Source: Heptranchias perlo
Taxonomy: Eukaryota
Length of the DNA: 64,000 nucleotides
Reading direction: 5' to 3'
NCBI RefSeq assembly: GCF_035084215.1
Contig: NC_090354.1
Span: forward strand, 10,726,001-10,790,000
Shown here in pieces: positions 62,255-64,000 of the stretch. Under the pieces are notes generated by a model, which did not search any database, had not been told where the DNA came from, and saw only the letters and a list, made by a program, of their open reading frames with translations. A program made the translations under genes and the position numbers. Position 1 is the first letter of the stretch; each line of letters starts with the position of its first letter.

Positions 62255-64000
62255 TATAGGATCTGAGAGATTGGGGGAAAGTGCAGGTCCCTTCCCTCCC
62301 TCTCAATCCTGTGGAATGCACATCCTGTGCCACGTGGGAACTCCAGGACGCTTCCCATGTCCTGGACAACCATTGGTGCAGGAAGTGTCATCAGCTGGAG
62401 GAACTCGAGCTCCGGATTTCAGAGCTTGAACAGCAGCTGGCGTCACCGCAGTGCATCCGCACGGTTGAGAACTACGTGGATATCACGTTTCAGGAGGTGG
62501 TCACCCCGCAGCTTGAGAGTACAGGCAGAGGGGGATTGGATGACTGCCAGACAAAGAGGAGCAGGCAGGTAGTGCAGGAGTCCCGAGGGCATCTCACTCT
62601 CCAACCAGATACTGATGAGGGAGAGGGTTCCTCTGCAGAGTGCAGCCAGAGCCAAGACCATAGCACCATGGGTGGCCCAGCTGAACAAGGTGGGGGGAGG
62701 GGAAGAGGAGAAAAGGTCAGGAGAGCAATCGTGATAGGGAATTCCATAGTTAGGGGAGCAGACAGACGTTTCTGCGGCTGCAGACATGATTCCAGGACGG
62801 TATGTTGCCTCCCTGGTGCCAGGGTCAAGGATGTTCCTGAGTGGCTGCAGAACATTCTGGTTGAGGGGAGGGGGGGGGGGGGAAAAGAGAAAAAAAAAGA
62901 GGGCCATATCGGTACCAATGACATAGGTAGAAAGAGGGATTAGGTCCTGCAGGCAGAGTTTAAGGAGTTAGGAAAGAGATTAATAAGCAGGACCTCAAGG
63001 GTAGTAATCTCCAGATTACTTCCAGTGCCACGCACCTGGTGAATATAGAAATAGCAGGATAGAGAAGATGAATGTGTGGCTGTAAAGATGGTGCAGGAGG
63101 GAGGGCTTCAGGTTCCTGGGGCATTGGGGCCGGTTCTGGGGGAGTTGGGGCCTGCACATGCCAGACGGGTTACACATCAACAGGGCCAGGACCAATATCC
63201 TTGCGGGGAGGTTTGCGTGCAGTTGGGGAGGGTTTAAACTAACTTGGCAGGGGGATGGGAACCTGAGAGGAGATTCAGAAGGGAAAGTAACAAAGCTGGA
63301 AGTGGAAGGCAAGAGAGTAGTAAGTGAAATTGGCAACAGAAACAAAGGCCAGCACCAAATAAGTTCAAAATAGGAAAAAATGTTAAAGAGGCAAAATTAA
63401 AGGCACTTTATCTGAATGCACGCAGCATTCGCAACAAGGCAGATGAATTGACGGCAAACAGAAGTAAATGGGTATGATCTAATTGCCATTACGGAGACAT
63501 GGCTGCAGGGTGACCAAGGCTGGGAACTGAATATTCAAGGATATTCGACATTTAGGAAGGACAGGCAAAAAGGAAGAGAGGGTGGGGTAGCACAGTTAAT
63601 CAAGGATGAGATCAGTATAATAGTGAGAAAGGATCTTGGCTCAGAAGATCAAAATGTAGAATCAGTTTGGGTGGAGCTAAGACACATCAAAGGGCAGAAA
63701 ACATTGGTGGGAGTTGTTTATAGGTCACCAAACAGTAGTGGTAATGTAAGGCACAGTATAAAGTAGAAAATTATAAGTGCATGTAACAAGGGTAATAAAG
63801 TAATCATGGACACTAATCTACATATAGATTGGGCAAACTAAATCAGCACTAATACTGTGGAGGACGAATTCCTGGAATGTATACGAGATGGGTTTCTAGA
63901 TCAGTATGTTCAGGAACCAACTAGGGAACAGGCTATTTTAGATCTAGAATTGTGCAATAAGGGTTAATTAATAATCTTGTTGTAAAGGAGCCCTTAGGGA
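62255..64000 (+). mobile_element. CR1 LINE: ORF1 and start of ORF2, disrupted, running off the window
   Basis: ORF1 zinc finger CTSC...CRKC and coiled coil, SGNH esterase motifs IVIGNSIVRG, CLPGARV, HIGTND, DGLH. ORF2 endonuclease LYLNARSIRNK and ITETWL begins near 63400. Confidence 0.92.

Overview
Vertebrate genomic DNA, very likely a cartilaginous fish (inferred from the SINE/LINE families present). Positions 1-42.4 kb are an expanded cluster of intronless small heat-shock genes of the hsp30/HSPB9 type. It holds nine intact 217-aa ORFs (eight on the minus strand, one on plus), two plus-strand pseudogenes and several deletion relics. The ancestral unit is a head-to-head pair with TATA and heat-shock-element promoters. 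Two related ~8-kb three-gene blocks flank a very recent array of four 4,482-bp units, whose recombination junction maps to a 15-bp window inside a CR1 fragment. Variants shared between inverted neighbours suggest arm-to-arm gene conversion. After the cluster come a 33-bp CCAAT-bearing minisatellite, an RPL27A retropseudogene and the last four coding exons of RAB5C on the minus strand, matching the mammalian HSPB9-RAB5C neighbourhood. DeuSINE, CR1, L2, Tx1-like and Penelope-like elements are scattered throughout. All comparisons were made by eye; no alignments or database searches were run.
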